64,000 nucleotides of DNA from a virus (IMGVR_UViG_3300025120_000034:7554-71553), one strand, 5' to 3'. Positions 1 through 8,911 are shown, counted from the first letter of the stretch. Numbers and translations are program-made. Notes: generated by a model from the letters alone, not told the origin.

Positions 1-1003
1 AGTAAACACAGTCAACGGAAAGGAATTCAAAGTCCATCACCTCGATGAGGTACTCGTCGTATCCAAACGTGCTAGTACCTGAAGCTCTATCAATTCCTCT
101 CTGACCAAAAATCTCTTTGTTGTTGTATGACTTACCCCTTACAGAGCCAGCAATCTCTTCATACTCTTTCTCTGATATCTGATTACCAGCCTGTCTCTTG
201 AGTTCTTGAATGCTTATTCTTTTTACATGAGCACCGTAAACCAAGTCGGACATGTTAGGGTCTTCTGTTTGACTGTGCAGGAATGAAGCGGGGTCTACGT
301 ACTTAGTTGTTATTCCGTAGTTAGGGTCGTTCTCTCTTTTGATTACACCCATTCCACAAACAACCAAATCCTCTACAGCTCTCCTGTAAATCGTTTGGTC
401 AAAGTCATTCCAATCTAAAGTCAACGCTGTTCCCAACTGAGCAGCTATCTCAGCATTAGTCTTCATGTTTTGCTCCATGAAAATCTCTGCCTCTTCCGTT
501 GTGTCCGGAAGGATATCAGGGTCAATCCTTGGTTGAAGACCTAATGACTTAGCCTCCATTAATAAGTCCTTGTCTTTAATCGAAGCCTCTACCTCAGCTT
601 TTGCTTCATCCTTTTCCCCCTTACTGATTGGGTCGATGGCATCTACAGATGGATATGGCTTTCTGGAAAGAATCCTATTGACAACTACCTTTACAAACTT
701 AGGTATGATTGGAACAGGGCTCCAGTCTAAGTTAAGTAGAGTCCCGTCACCATTGTTTGGGTCAAGAGCATTTAGAATCTGTTTGTAAACAGACGTGTCT
801 TGTGTTCCGTTAGCGTAGTCTCTGTTCTTTTCAAAGTCCTGCATTCTTTGACTAAGTAGAGAGGTAGACGAATCTCCATTTCCCCACTGACTCTGAATTG
901 CTTTAGCGTACTTTAAACCGTAAGACTTCCCTAGCTTTTGTTCTGGTGACGCAAAGGGGTCTGGAAAGTTTCCGTATTTGGTATTTTTGCTCCCTTGGGT
1001 CAT
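1..1003 (-). CDS. Portal protein, copy A (N-terminal part, runs off the window's left edge)
   Basis: Not in the ORF track. Manual translation from ATG at 1003 gives MTQGSKNTKYGNFPDPFASPEQKLGKSYGLKYAKAIQSQWG...FEKNRDYANGTQDTSVYKQILNALDPNNGDGTLLNLDWSPVPIIPKFV, clearly homologous to the 55337..57724 protein. Lies directly downstream of TerL. Confidence 0.85.
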   Translation of the reverse strand, partial: MTQGSKNTKYGNFPDPFASPEQKLGKSYGLKYAKAIQSQWGNGDSSTSLLSQRMQDFEKNRDYANGTQDTSVYKQILNALDPNNGDGTLLNLDWSPVPIIPKFVKVVVNRILSRKPYPSVDAIDPISKGEKDEAKAEVEASIKDKDLLMEAKSLGLQPRIDPDILPDTTEEAEIFMEQNMKTNAEIAAQLGTALTLDWNDFDQTIYRRAVEDLVVCGMGVIKRENDPNYGITTKYVDPASFLHSQTEDPNMSDLVYGAHVKRISIQELKRQAGNQISEKEYEEIAGSVRGKSYNNKEIFGQRGIDRASGTSTFGYDEYLIEVMDFEFLSVDCVY

Positions 1004-1027
1004 GAAATATTTTGTTGGCCTCAAGTG

Positions 1028-1035
1028 CAAATATA
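1028..1035 (-). promoter_or_regulatory. Bacteroidota sigma-70-type -7 element (TATATTTG) upstream of portal A
   Basis: TAnnTTTG consensus; the same element sits before portal B (57750-57757). Confidence 0.65.
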
Positions 1036-1052
1036 ACAATATGCGGCGACCC

Positions 1053-3167
1053 CTAACTCAGCTTGTACCTTCTGAAGAAAACCTTCTCATCGAACTTAGC
1101 CTCTTTCTTTTCTGCCTTGACTTTTTGAGCAGCCAGTAAAGCTAAGCCAGCACTTATCGAAAGGTCATACTTTGTACGCTTGTCTATCTTGAATCCAACC
1201 CAATCTTCTAGAGTCCTATTAAAGTACATAGCTCCCGGTTCACCGTCTTCATTTAGACCAACATGATTGTGGATATAGTCCTCTATTGCGGAGGCGTGGG
1301 CCTGTATAACGTCCTGTGAATTTGAGGGGATACCCTTCGTTTTTACATTCACCGAAGAGCTAGGAGACTTTAGGTGAGCCGGCCTATCCATTACGTAACC
1401 GTCATAACCCCTTGATTCAAAGTACCTTACGATACCGTACTTGTTGTTCTCTATCAGTAACGGGTACCCATAAAACACAGCGGCCATCAATACATCTTCA
1501 TAGAATATCTTAGCCATCGGTGGTCTACTCGCGTACTCAGCTACAAACATATTGCTAGCCCCATCCAAGTTAAACTTGTTGTATATATGACAAGCACCCT
1601 TTGAGCCTCTTCCATCAACAGTAGCATCTAAGTCATAAGAGTCAACCCCTCCACACCCCCTGCTTGGGTTCGAGGGAATCATCTTACCCTTGTTTCTTGT
1701 CAGCACGCTTCGCTCAGAACTTTCAGGCATCCATGATACATACCACCTTCCGGCTGGGTTAGGATTAAAAACAACTTGGGTGTCCTTGACACCTCCCCTC
1801 CATTGAAAATTACCCTTGACTACTGGGTTAGGGTATAGAGAATCGTTATGCTCTATCTGTTCGTATATCTTACCAATATTAAATAGGCTCCCCTCTACAC
1901 TGTCCCTGAATGCTTCGTCCGGTGTAAATGGAAATTGACGGATAAGCTCATTTAATTCTTTCGCATCACTCTTAAGAGAATCCCTTTCGTTTCTTAGGAA
2001 TGTCTTGGAGCCAAAGGTCATCATGTCCCCCTCTAATGTTTTAACCTCATTCTTTGGGTCAGTGATGATTGGGTTTCCATAAAGGTCAAAGAAACCCTCT
2101 AACGATTCGTAGGCAGGAATAAACAACCTATACAGGCCTGACACTGTCCTTCCGTTAGCGTTACGTTTAAGCGGGTCTGAATCTCTCCATATCTGTTTGT
2201 ACTCAGAGCCACCCTTACCCATAGGGTTCACGGTACTCCCTACTAATGCCTTGCCTACTATACGACGGCCTACAATCAAACAGGTCCTCTCTATTCTCCA
2301 AGCCTCACGGATGTCAGATGGCTTCTCCCATTTACCTGCCTCGTCCATATACAACATATGAAGCTTCTCTCCGTCATACGCATTGTTCGTAGTGTTCTTC
2401 CAGTTGAGGACTGTATTCAATGCATCGCCAGCAAAAGAAGTCTTGTTGTTTTTTGTAATCCTTTTCGAGGGCTCGCGAAAGGCTAGCTCCATTCTTGGAT
2501 TTGTAGTACCGTCCTGAATAGGTTTGAAGAAAAATGGATAGTGCCTAAACATAGACACCACCTTCTTCATGAAGATATTTTCCTGCGCGTCTTTACCCGT
2601 CTTGCTCTGTATTCCGAGAAGCTTGTCTTTAACTTGAGTAGCTTCATCAAGAAGAACAGAGCTACAGATATTAGTGTAGCCAGAACGCCTACACTTAGTA
2701 TAAAGCTGACCGATGCAACGCGGGTCAGATTCACACGCAGCCATGTGGAGAAAGATGTCACGTTGGAACGCAAGATACGATGGGTATCCAATGTCAATCT
2801 TCGTCCACTGTAAGAGCATGTAGTGCCTCCCCGTGATATACGTAGGTTCACCCTTATTGTAAAACCAAAGACCCTCCCTACGCCTTCTAAATTCTTCCTC
2901 GATATATGGATGAAACTTCTCTCGAAACTCCTTCGGGGCCTCTGCCCACTCGTCCATACTTCTAAGACGGGACAGTTCTTTTGGCATAGGTACTCTCTCC
3001 CACATCTGCAAACTTGCCTCCAGACCCTCTCCTTTGATTCCGTCCTTCGGTATCGAGGGAAGGCAAATGAGAAGCCCGCCAAGTTCGACGATACTTCCGA
3101 CTGTACCGTTGGGACATATCTTAACAGCAGGCTCTTTATATTCATCTAGATTTAATAAGGTGTCCAT
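1053..3167 (-). CDS. terL: Terminase large subunit, copy A
   Basis: 704 aa; Walker A-like KCRRSGYT, Walker B LYMDEAGKW, coupling motif GST, RNase H-like nuclease GGVDSY...IENNK...DLSIS; adjacent to portal. Confidence 0.92.
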   Translation of the reverse strand: MDTLLNLDEYKEPAVKICPNGTVGSIVELGGLLICLPSIPKDGIKGEGLEASLQMWERVPMPKELSRLRSMDEWAEAPKEFREKFHPYIEEEFRRRREGLWFYNKGEPTYITGRHYMLLQWTKIDIGYPSYLAFQRDIFLHMAACESDPRCIGQLYTKCRRSGYTNICSSVLLDEATQVKDKLLGIQSKTGKDAQENIFMKKVVSMFRHYPFFFKPIQDGTTNPRMELAFREPSKRITKNNKTSFAGDALNTVLNWKNTTNNAYDGEKLHMLYMDEAGKWEKPSDIREAWRIERTCLIVGRRIVGKALVGSTVNPMGKGGSEYKQIWRDSDPLKRNANGRTVSGLYRLFIPAYESLEGFFDLYGNPIITDPKNEVKTLEGDMMTFGSKTFLRNERDSLKSDAKELNELIRQFPFTPDEAFRDSVEGSLFNIGKIYEQIEHNDSLYPNPVVKGNFQWRGGVKDTQVVFNPNPAGRWYVSWMPESSERSVLTRNKGKMIPSNPSRGCGGVDSYDLDATVDGRGSKGACHIYNKFNLDGASNMFVAEYASRPPMAKIFYEDVLMAAVFYGYPLLIENNKYGIVRYFESRGYDGYVMDRPAHLKSPSSSVNVKTKGIPSNSQDVIQAHASAIEDYIHNHVGLNEDGEPGAMYFNRTLEDWVGFKIDKRTKYDLSISAGLALLAAQKVKAEKKEAKFDEKVFFRRYKLS

Positions 3168-3352
3168 TACATTACTTGCCCCCAGCGGTTAGCCTTGAAA
3201 CTAGGCATACCTGACTTGGGTTCTTTTAAATCCATATATCCTCCACACTCATCACACCTTATGTCGTGCCTCACCTTACCGTCCAACATTTTGATGGATG
3301 TGTTGAGCCCCTCTTGCTCGTGGCTGCAATCGTTGCATATAAACTTTGCCAT
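3167..3352 (-). CDS. Small zinc-ribbon protein, copy A
   Basis: CNDC...CDEC; translationally coupled to TerL; homologue at 59884..60072. Confidence 0.75.
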   Translation of the reverse strand: MAKFICNDCSHEQEGLNTSIKMLDGKVRHDIRCDECGGYMDLKEPKSGMPSFKANRWGQVM

Positions 3353-3354
3353 AT

Positions 3355-3645
3355 CTACTTACTGAATTTTTCCGCGAATCCTCCTGAGTAATCTTTCTGT
3401 TGCTCGATGCTACCGTTAGACCTCATGTCTTTTACCATCTGTTCAAGCCGCTGCCGTTCCACCAAAAGTTCCTTGCAGTCCACCGCCGTCTGTTTAATAC
3501 TTTGCAGTTCAGCTTTCCTAGCACTTCCTCCAGCCTCAGGGTCAACAGGTTTTTTAACTTCATCAATCATGTTATCTATTGCAATCTCCATAGACCTCAT
3601 AAGTCTCTCGGCTGCGTTAATGGTAGTGAACTTACTTGACCGCAT
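3355..3645 (-). CDS. Conserved 96-aa helical protein, possible terminase small subunit, copy A
   Basis: Near-identical homologue at 60239..60529; position upstream of TerL. TerS function is inference. Confidence 0.6.
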   Translation of the reverse strand: MRSSKFTTINAAERLMRSMEIAIDNMIDEVKKPVDPEAGGSARKAELQSIKQTAVDCKELLVERQRLEQMVKDMRSNGSIEQQKDYSGGFAEKFSK

Positions 3646-4216
3646 ATGGGATGTCGTCTGATTTCATACGATAAACTATCGAGCCATCGTCAAGTTTCAT
3701 CTTGTAATCTCTGTCCTTTAAGAAGCCAACAACATCACCTTTAACTACACCCTCTTTAATCATGTCTATACTAGGTGTAACAACCCTAGCCTCATCCTTT
3801 GTTTCTTTAATAACGGATAAGATTATACCGCTGTCTGTCACGTCCTCCGATGCTTCCTCTTCTAAGGGCTCTAAGAAGACCCAGTCAGCCAGCATATGAA
3901 TATCTCCTTCCGAATCCCTATAAGCTATAGCGTGACTACCCCTCTTGTTTTGATTGTCATATATAGCCATATAGATTCCTTCTGATTCATCAATCACATT
4001 GGAGGCACCTGAAGTTACGTGGTGATGAAAGAACAAAGTGTCTCCCGGCTTGGCTCCGGTGTTGTGCTTAGAGGGGGCAGATATTATTTCCCCATAACAT
4101 ACTCTGTGTTCAAATTCGTTGAACCTAGTATCTAAGAAGATTTCTTTATCGCCAAGCTTTAGGGTTCCTGTTGATTTATTAGGAACCTTAACGAAGAAGT
4201 GATTTAATGTCTTCAT
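3632..4216 (-). CDS. GroES/Cpn10-like co-chaperonin (double length), copy A
   Basis: GroES-like segments (GEIISAP..KPGDTLFF; VTDSGIIL; VVKGDVVGF..YKMKLDDG.IVYRMKSDDI); homologue at 60516..61100. Confidence 0.65.
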   Translation of the reverse strand: MKTLNHFFVKVPNKSTGTLKLGDKEIFLDTRFNEFEHRVCYGEIISAPSKHNTGAKPGDTLFFHHHVTSGASNVIDESEGIYMAIYDNQNKRGSHAIAYRDSEGDIHMLADWVFLEPLEEEASEDVTDSGIILSVIKETKDEARVVTPSIDMIKEGVVKGDVVGFLKDRDYKMKLDDGSIVYRMKSDDIPYAVK

Positions 4217-4449
4217 TCAAAATTACAATCGTATTCAATTAAAAGTGGTTGGTTCTCAACCGTCTTCCAAATATACGTTGAATCTTCGTCCTCTAGGTAA
4301 ACATGATACCTTCTTACATTATACTTATATAGTGAAGCATCATCTTCTTTGATGGCGATTACCTTAGCACCACCAGCCTTCATGCCTACATAGTAAGCCA
4401 TAGCGTCCTTGGGGTTTGGCCCAATGACAATCTTTCTAATTACATTCAT
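4213..4449 (-). CDS. Conserved phage hypothetical protein (78 aa), copy A
   Basis: IRKIVIGPNPK.AMAYYVGM.AG; homologue at 61102..61338. Confidence 0.8.
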   Translation of the reverse strand: MNVIRKIVIGPNPKDAMAYYVGMKAGGAKVIAIKEDDASLYKYNVRRYHVYLEDEDSTYIWKTVENQPLLIEYDCNFE

Positions 4450-4455
4450 ATCTCT

Positions 4456-4740
4456 TTAGTTTAAAAAGAGACCCGGTAAATCAATTTCGTCTTCTTCACG
4501 TCCACGATGAAACGCTTCAACTTGAAGTGTAACAAACTCGTCAAACTCATCCGTGTCTCTACAATTGTGACCATAAGCCAAGCTCCATTTATTAGCTTCC
4601 TCGCCCTCTTCTTCTAAGTACCCAAAAGCTGTACTATACACCAACTCACCAGAGTGCTTGTACTTCTCTGCTATCTGTTCAACCTGAGCAAGCAAATCAG
4701 CAACCTCTTCAAACATAGCCTTCTTTAAAATGTCATCCAT
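4456..4740 (-). CDS. Acidic hypothetical protein (94 aa), copy A
   Basis: Syntenic and weakly similar to 61338..61634 (both acidic, ending in LN). Confidence 0.7.
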   Translation of the reverse strand: MDDILKKAMFEEVADLLAQVEQIAEKYKHSGELVYSTAFGYLEEEGEEANKWSLAYGHNCRDTDEFDEFVTLQVEAFHRGREEDEIDLPGLFLN

Positions 4741-4756
4741 GATAATAAGATACGAA

Positions 4757-5593
4757 TTATGGGGCAGGCATAACTAATACAGCAGCTACTGTAGTGCTAG
4801 ATGTTGTAAGATTAGCGGTCACTAACCAGTTAGTAGAGTCTACAGCAACAATATCGACAACATCGCCCTGACGACCACCGCTACTAGTCGAATCAGGGTC
4901 TAGATTTATTTCGTTGCGAGAGTTGTTCTGGGTCACGGTTCCCACTCTAGATTGACCAGTAGCTGAGTTAGAAGTTACAACAGCCTTACCATAAACATAA
5001 TCACCTGTTGCTGTGACAATACTTATGTTTCCAGTATTCGCTCCAATAATGATGAATTTAAAAACAACTCCGGGAGCCGCAGCAGGCAATGTAATAACAA
5101 ACCCACTAACAGAGTTTAAGTAATACGTGCTTCCAGAATTACTGGCAAGGAGAGTGGTGCTTGTACTAAGCTGGTTGATTGTTTCATTACCCCTCCCAAT
5201 AGTAATTACGTTGCTTGCTCGACTGTAACTCAAGCCGTCAGTTGCAGCCAGTGTAATCGTAGTGCTTGATGCGTCAGCGGCTTCGATGGTTATGGTAGGC
5301 GCAGCACTTCCACCAACGGTTGTGCTAACCGTAGAGTTAGATGGGAAGGTTCTATACTCGATTGCTTTTGTGCTGTCATTCCACACTAAAGCCTTTGAAC
5401 TTGAACTACCCCCTGTAATAGTATTAACCTGCAAAGCAGCTGCCTTTACGGTGGATGTAGATAAAGACAGAGCTGATTCATTTCCAGAGCCGTCTTGAAT
5501 AACCTTTAGTGTTCCGGTAAAGTTACCCGCATCACTGGTTTTAAGCAACCCAGTGTATGTATCTTTCAATCTAGTTCCGCTAAGAGTAGCCAT
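4757..5593 (-). CDS. Ser/Thr/Gly-rich putative virion (fibre/decoration) protein
   Basis: 278 aa; MATLSGT.LKDTY.GLLKTSD N-terminus and ITLPAAAPG.VFKFI beta-rich motif typical of phage structural proteins. Confidence 0.6.
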   Translation of the reverse strand: MATLSGTRLKDTYTGLLKTSDAGNFTGTLKVIQDGSGNESALSLSTSTVKAAALQVNTITGGSSSSKALVWNDSTKAIEYRTFPSNSTVSTTVGGSAAPTITIEAADASSTTITLAATDGLSYSRASNVITIGRGNETINQLSTSTTLLASNSGSTYYLNSVSGFVITLPAAAPGVVFKFIIIGANTGNISIVTATGDYVYGKAVVTSNSATGQSRVGTVTQNNSRNEINLDPDSTSSGGRQGDVVDIVAVDSTNWLVTANLTTSSTTVAAVLVMPAP

Positions 5594-5598
5594 GTTCT

Positions 5599-5617
5599 TA
5601 AATTTGAAACAAATATA
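5599..5617. promoter_or_regulatory. Overlapping divergent TAnnTTTG promoters, copy A
   Basis: TAAATTTG (+, 5599-5606) and CAAATATA (= TATATTTG on -, 5610-5617) in a 30-bp gap between divergent genes; conserved at 61639-61661. Confidence 0.65.
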
Positions 5618-5623
5618 CTACTA

Positions 5624-6052
5624 ATGAGTAGACATCATCCGGTTAGGAAGAGAAGGGAATTTAGCAAACTGAACAAGAGATATGTAAAGAAGAATGAGTT
5701 GAAGAAACTATCTATGGTTATGAGAGACATCAGGCTTAACTATGATATAGGTACAGCTGAAATAGAGGCTATGCTCTTTTGTTATGACTACGAGTTCTTT
5801 ACCGTTGACCACCTAGCCAAGGCAATGAAGAAGAGCAGGAGTAAGCTGTATGAAAGAACGGTAATGCCTCTACAACAAAAGGGATACCTAGAAGTAATTC
5901 ATCACGGAAAGGGAATAGACTCATTCGTTAACGCTATGTTTCACGAAGCAGGTCATCACAAGAATAGACTTGGTTTGTCTCAGTCGGGAAGAATTCTAGT
6001 TCAAAGAATATACAGAAAGCTAGAAGGGGGAGAACCTATAAAACTATCCTAG
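5624..6052 (+). CDS. Winged-helix (MarR-like) DNA-binding protein, copy A
   Basis: Basic N-terminus, helix-turn-helix region, wing LSQSGR; homologue at ~61675..62091 (YD.EFFT, PL...GY, SQ.GR..VQR.Y). Confidence 0.65.
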   Translation: MSRHHPVRKRREFSKLNKRYVKKNELKKLSMVMRDIRLNYDIGTAEIEAMLFCYDYEFFTVDHLAKAMKKSRSKLYERTVMPLQQKGYLEVIHHGKGIDSFVNAMFHEAGHHKNRLGLSQSGRILVQRIYRKLEGGEPIKLS

Positions 6053-6600
6053 CTATCAAACCTTAGTCTGTAACTTCCGTACTGGTCTTCAAAATTTTCA
6101 TTATACCCAAGTATCTTAGATATGTAGTCTCTAGTCTCAAGGGGTAATTCTTCAATCCAGTCAAGAGATTCATATATATCCTTGCCCTGTTCTTTAGCTT
6201 TGTTAAGCACGCGAACTGTAGCTGTAGGGCCATAGTTATATGCTGCCAATGCTTTAGCAATCTTAATCTCATCAGAGCCTTTATTCCAGCTCCTGTTCAT
6301 TAGACTATTCATATAAACCTGTTGCGCTTCTTTCGAGTGCTCAGGGTTGAATGGGTCGAAATCTTCTCGAAGCATTCCCTTCTCCTTTAGGTACTGCTCT
6401 GTTCCGGGCATTATCTGAGCTAATCCTCTCGCACCAGCTGGAGACTCAGCCAAGGGGTTTCCCGTGGATTCCTTATATATCTGTCTGTCCAGAATAGAAT
6501 CAAAAGACTTCGCTCCGCTTGGAGGCCAGTCTACTAAACCACCCTCTCTCATGCTTACTCTGGAGACCCTTTGAAATTTTTTTCCGCGTTTTACAAGCAT
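6049..6600 (-). CDS. Lytic transglycosylase (SLT family)
   Basis: ES.GNP.A.SPAGA.GL.QIMP.T, ALAAYNYG, ETRDY motifs. Likely start is the ATG at 6600 rather than 6651. Confidence 0.88.
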   Translation of the reverse strand: MLVKRGKKFQRVSRVSMREGGLVDWPPSGAKSFDSILDRQIYKESTGNPLAESPAGARGLAQIMPGTEQYLKEKGMLREDFDPFNPEHSKEAQQVYMNSLMNRSWNKGSDEIKIAKALAAYNYGPTATVRVLNKAKEQGKDIYESLDWIEELPLETRDYISKILGYNENFEDQYGSYRLRFDS

Positions 6601-6659
6601 GGGCACAATATACGGAATCTTAATGCGTTGTATAAGGGAACCCCATAACACAATTCATT

Positions 6660-7151
6660 ATGAAGAATTTATTTTTTATCCTAGCAATCGCATTGGCAAT
6701 CGTAAGCAACGCTCAATCCCTTAATAGTATCCTCGATGGTATTTACGCACCAACAGAAGAGAACGCACTTAGCACACCCCTACTACTAAGTATGAAACCA
6801 CAGAACGGAATACCGCACGAGGTTCTCGTAATCCGGGCCGTGGGCATGAATCCAGACTCAATCTTTGGAGACGTACTAGACCCGAACTTGGGTACCTCGC
6901 TGGAAACGTACACCGTATTCCACGGAGCAGACGTATTAGCCTTACCTCTTTTTGAGAAAGGTATCTACACCATCCTTTGCTTAGACGAGGATGGAAACAA
7001 CGTAGGAGAGGGAGTACATATCGTCGTGAACGAAAACTTCATTCAGGGAGTCATAGATACAGGATACGCAGAAAAAAGAAGCAGCCTAATCGTATCGACT
7101 AGACCTCTTCGTATTGGTCGGGATAGAACCGAGTTCGTTTCCTTCAACTGA
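6660..7151 (+). CDS. Secreted/periplasmic hypothetical protein with signal peptide
   Basis: MKNLFFILAIALAIVSNA/QS is a Bacteroidota-type Sec signal followed by Gln; preceded by the ACAATA-N15-CGTT motif at 6605-6629. Confidence 0.75.
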   Translation: MKNLFFILAIALAIVSNAQSLNSILDGIYAPTEENALSTPLLLSMKPQNGIPHEVLVIRAVGMNPDSIFGDVLDPNLGTSLETYTVFHGADVLALPLFEKGIYTILCLDEDGNNVGEGVHIVVNENFIQGVIDTGYAEKRSSLIVSTRPLRIGRDRTEFVSFN

Positions 7152-7736
7152 TTACATTCCACCTCGCAGACCGGGAACGACCTTAGGGAGGTCTCTTTCT
7201 CTCTCGTACTTAACGGGAGCGATGTTGAGTTTAGCTCTGAGGCCGTCCATGTCTTCGGCACCAAACTCTCCCATCAACGATTTGTTGTAAGAGCCTTGGT
7301 TCATCTCAGGGAAAGTGACACCTTTGTCACCGCCCTCCACAGCGATACCAGCCATACGATATGCCTGCATCATGTTATCCGCGTCAGGGAAGATTTCCAT
7401 GAGGTCTCTCGGATTGATTTGCTTTACTCCATCTTCTGTTCTCATGAAGACTGCTGCAATCTCTTTACCCGATGGGTCGTCACCGCGATTGTCAAACCCA
7501 GAAGCCACGAAAAACTTTCTAGGTGGGTCTCCCACTTCTCCGCCTTTATCGTATTGCTGTACGACACCTCCGCCCATCATCTCATACATCTTACCACCTT
7601 GGCCCATCTCAACCTTGGCACCATATTCGGCCCTATTCATCTTCATGCCGTACATGGCTTTCTTGAGGTCATTACCCCCTTTGCCATCTGCTGCAAAAAA
7701 CGGGACTTCTTTGCCCCCAACTTTAACCATTTTCAT
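7152..7736 (-). CDS. Gly/Met-rich hypothetical protein with repeated xxGG motifs
   Basis: 194-aa ORF; TATATTTG element at 7741-7748; syntenic with 62895..63689. Confidence 0.75.
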   Translation of the reverse strand: MKMVKVGGKEVPFFAADGKGGNDLKKAMYGMKMNRAEYGAKVEMGQGGKMYEMMGGGVVQQYDKGGEVGDPPRKFFVASGFDNRGDDPSGKEIAAVFMRTEDGVKQINPRDLMEIFPDADNMMQAYRMAGIAVEGGDKGVTFPEMNQGSYNKSLMGEFGAEDMDGLRAKLNIAPVKYERERDLPKVVPGLRGGM

Positions 7737-7756
7737 ATCGCAAATATAGTTGTTGT

Positions 7757-8179
7757 TTAACTTCTTAAATCTGTGTCGTGTTTACGAGAACCCTTTATGT
7801 AGCTGTTGACCCTGCCCATTGCCCAAGCTGCCATTGGCGCACCTCTCCTTGAGCCAGACGAAAGCCAAGCACCCTGCCCACGTCGGTAAACTTGCTTTAG
7901 GGTTCCGAAAGAAATTCCGGAACTCTTGGCTTTCTTTTGTAGCGTAGACGAAGTTGCTGAACTAATTGGCTTAGCCTTTACTTTAGTACCTGTCTTCGCC
8001 TCTACTCGCTTCTTAAATAGAGATAGCTTGATACGCTTGCCAGACTTGTAGTCCTTCGCCATCTTCTTCTTGTTGTCGGCATCCTCCTCTACAGTGGCTT
8101 TGATTTCTTTACCCTGTCCGGGGTCGGTATACTTCGTTGGTAGTCCCAACTTATACGACTGTTTTCTCTTACTTGCCAT
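7757..8179 (-). CDS. Basic protein, DUF5824-like
   Basis: LKQVYRRGQGAW.SSGSR.G....WAMGRVNS.I.G...HD.DL motif. Confidence 0.7.
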   Translation of the reverse strand: MASKRKQSYKLGLPTKYTDPGQGKEIKATVEEDADNKKKMAKDYKSGKRIKLSLFKKRVEAKTGTKVKAKPISSATSSTLQKKAKSSGISFGTLKQVYRRGQGAWLSSGSRRGAPMAAWAMGRVNSYIKGSRKHDTDLRS

Positions 8180-8357
8180 GAGTAGCTATCTTAAACGATG
8201 CCTTCTCTACAGCTCCGGGGTGCGAATTATCATCCCCCTCCATTAAATAGTATCTACCCTGCTCCTCCATCCAGTGATATCCAGATGGGGATGGTACATC
8301 TACTTTCTTTGAGGAAACTTTTAATTTACCTCTCTCTGATTTTTTAGCTGTCTTCAT
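8169..8357 (-). CDS. Hypothetical protein (62 aa)
   Basis: Coupled overlaps with neighbours; PSGYHWM motif. Confidence 0.65.
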   Translation of the reverse strand: MKTAKKSERGKLKVSSKKVDVPSPSGYHWMEEQGRYYLMEGDDNSHPGAVEKASFKIATHGK

Positions 8358-8605
8358 GATTTCATATTAGGTGCGGGTAATCCCTTTGACTGACGCTTCT
8401 TCTCCTGAGCAATAACAGCTTTTAGTGCGTCATCTTTGCGACCACTAAGTAACCATGTCATAGCATAACCCTGCATTACCTTATCAGGTATAGCTGTATC
8501 AGGGAAGGCTTTGCCCATGTGAACCGCCATGTCCTTTAGGTTAGACTCTTTGGTGATTGGGTCACCCTTTACCTTCGCTCCCTTCTGTGCCCGTTTGTAT
8601 TGCAT
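8354..8605 (-). CDS. Hypothetical protein
   Basis: Likely start MQYKRAQKGAKVKGDP at 8605, just after TATATTTG (8610-8617). Confidence 0.65.
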   Translation of the reverse strand: MQYKRAQKGAKVKGDPITKESNLKDMAVHMGKAFPDTAIPDKVMQGYAMTWLLSGRKDDALKAVIAQEKKRQSKGLPAPNMKS

Positions 8606-8618
8606 GGCACAAATATAA

Positions 8619-8885
8619 TTATTTACTGAGTCCCCAATTATGGTTTGAATCAGAGATATATTTTTTAAAATCAATATCCTTTATATAGAGACGCATGTTG
8701 TTTCGCTGGGTCTTTACTTTGGAGGGGGTTTTGAACGCAAGTTGTATGAGTCTATTACGATGTATGTCCGATTGCCATATCAAACTCTTATCGTTTCCGG
8801 CTAGAACAACGTCACGTAATTTATACTCGCGCTTGGATTTGCCGTCAAACAATACGACATCACAAAGATGGATAGGGTCTTTCAT
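8619..8885 (-). CDS. Hypothetical protein (88 aa)
   Basis: Fills the gap in the minus-strand operon. Confidence 0.6.
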   Translation of the reverse strand: MKDPIHLCDVVLFDGKSKREYKLRDVVLAGNDKSLIWQSDIHRNRLIQLAFKTPSKVKTQRNNMRLYIKDIDFKKYISDSNHNWGLSK

Positions 8886-8911
8886 AGACCTATAACGTAA
8901 TTAGCTGTGGG

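Noticed and set aside
2567-3145. Alternative-frame ORF in TerL, mirrored at 59281..59856, and antisense ORFs 2541..2813 / 59072..59494
   Set aside because: Their similarity follows from conservation of the TerL frame; there is no independent start signal or domain.
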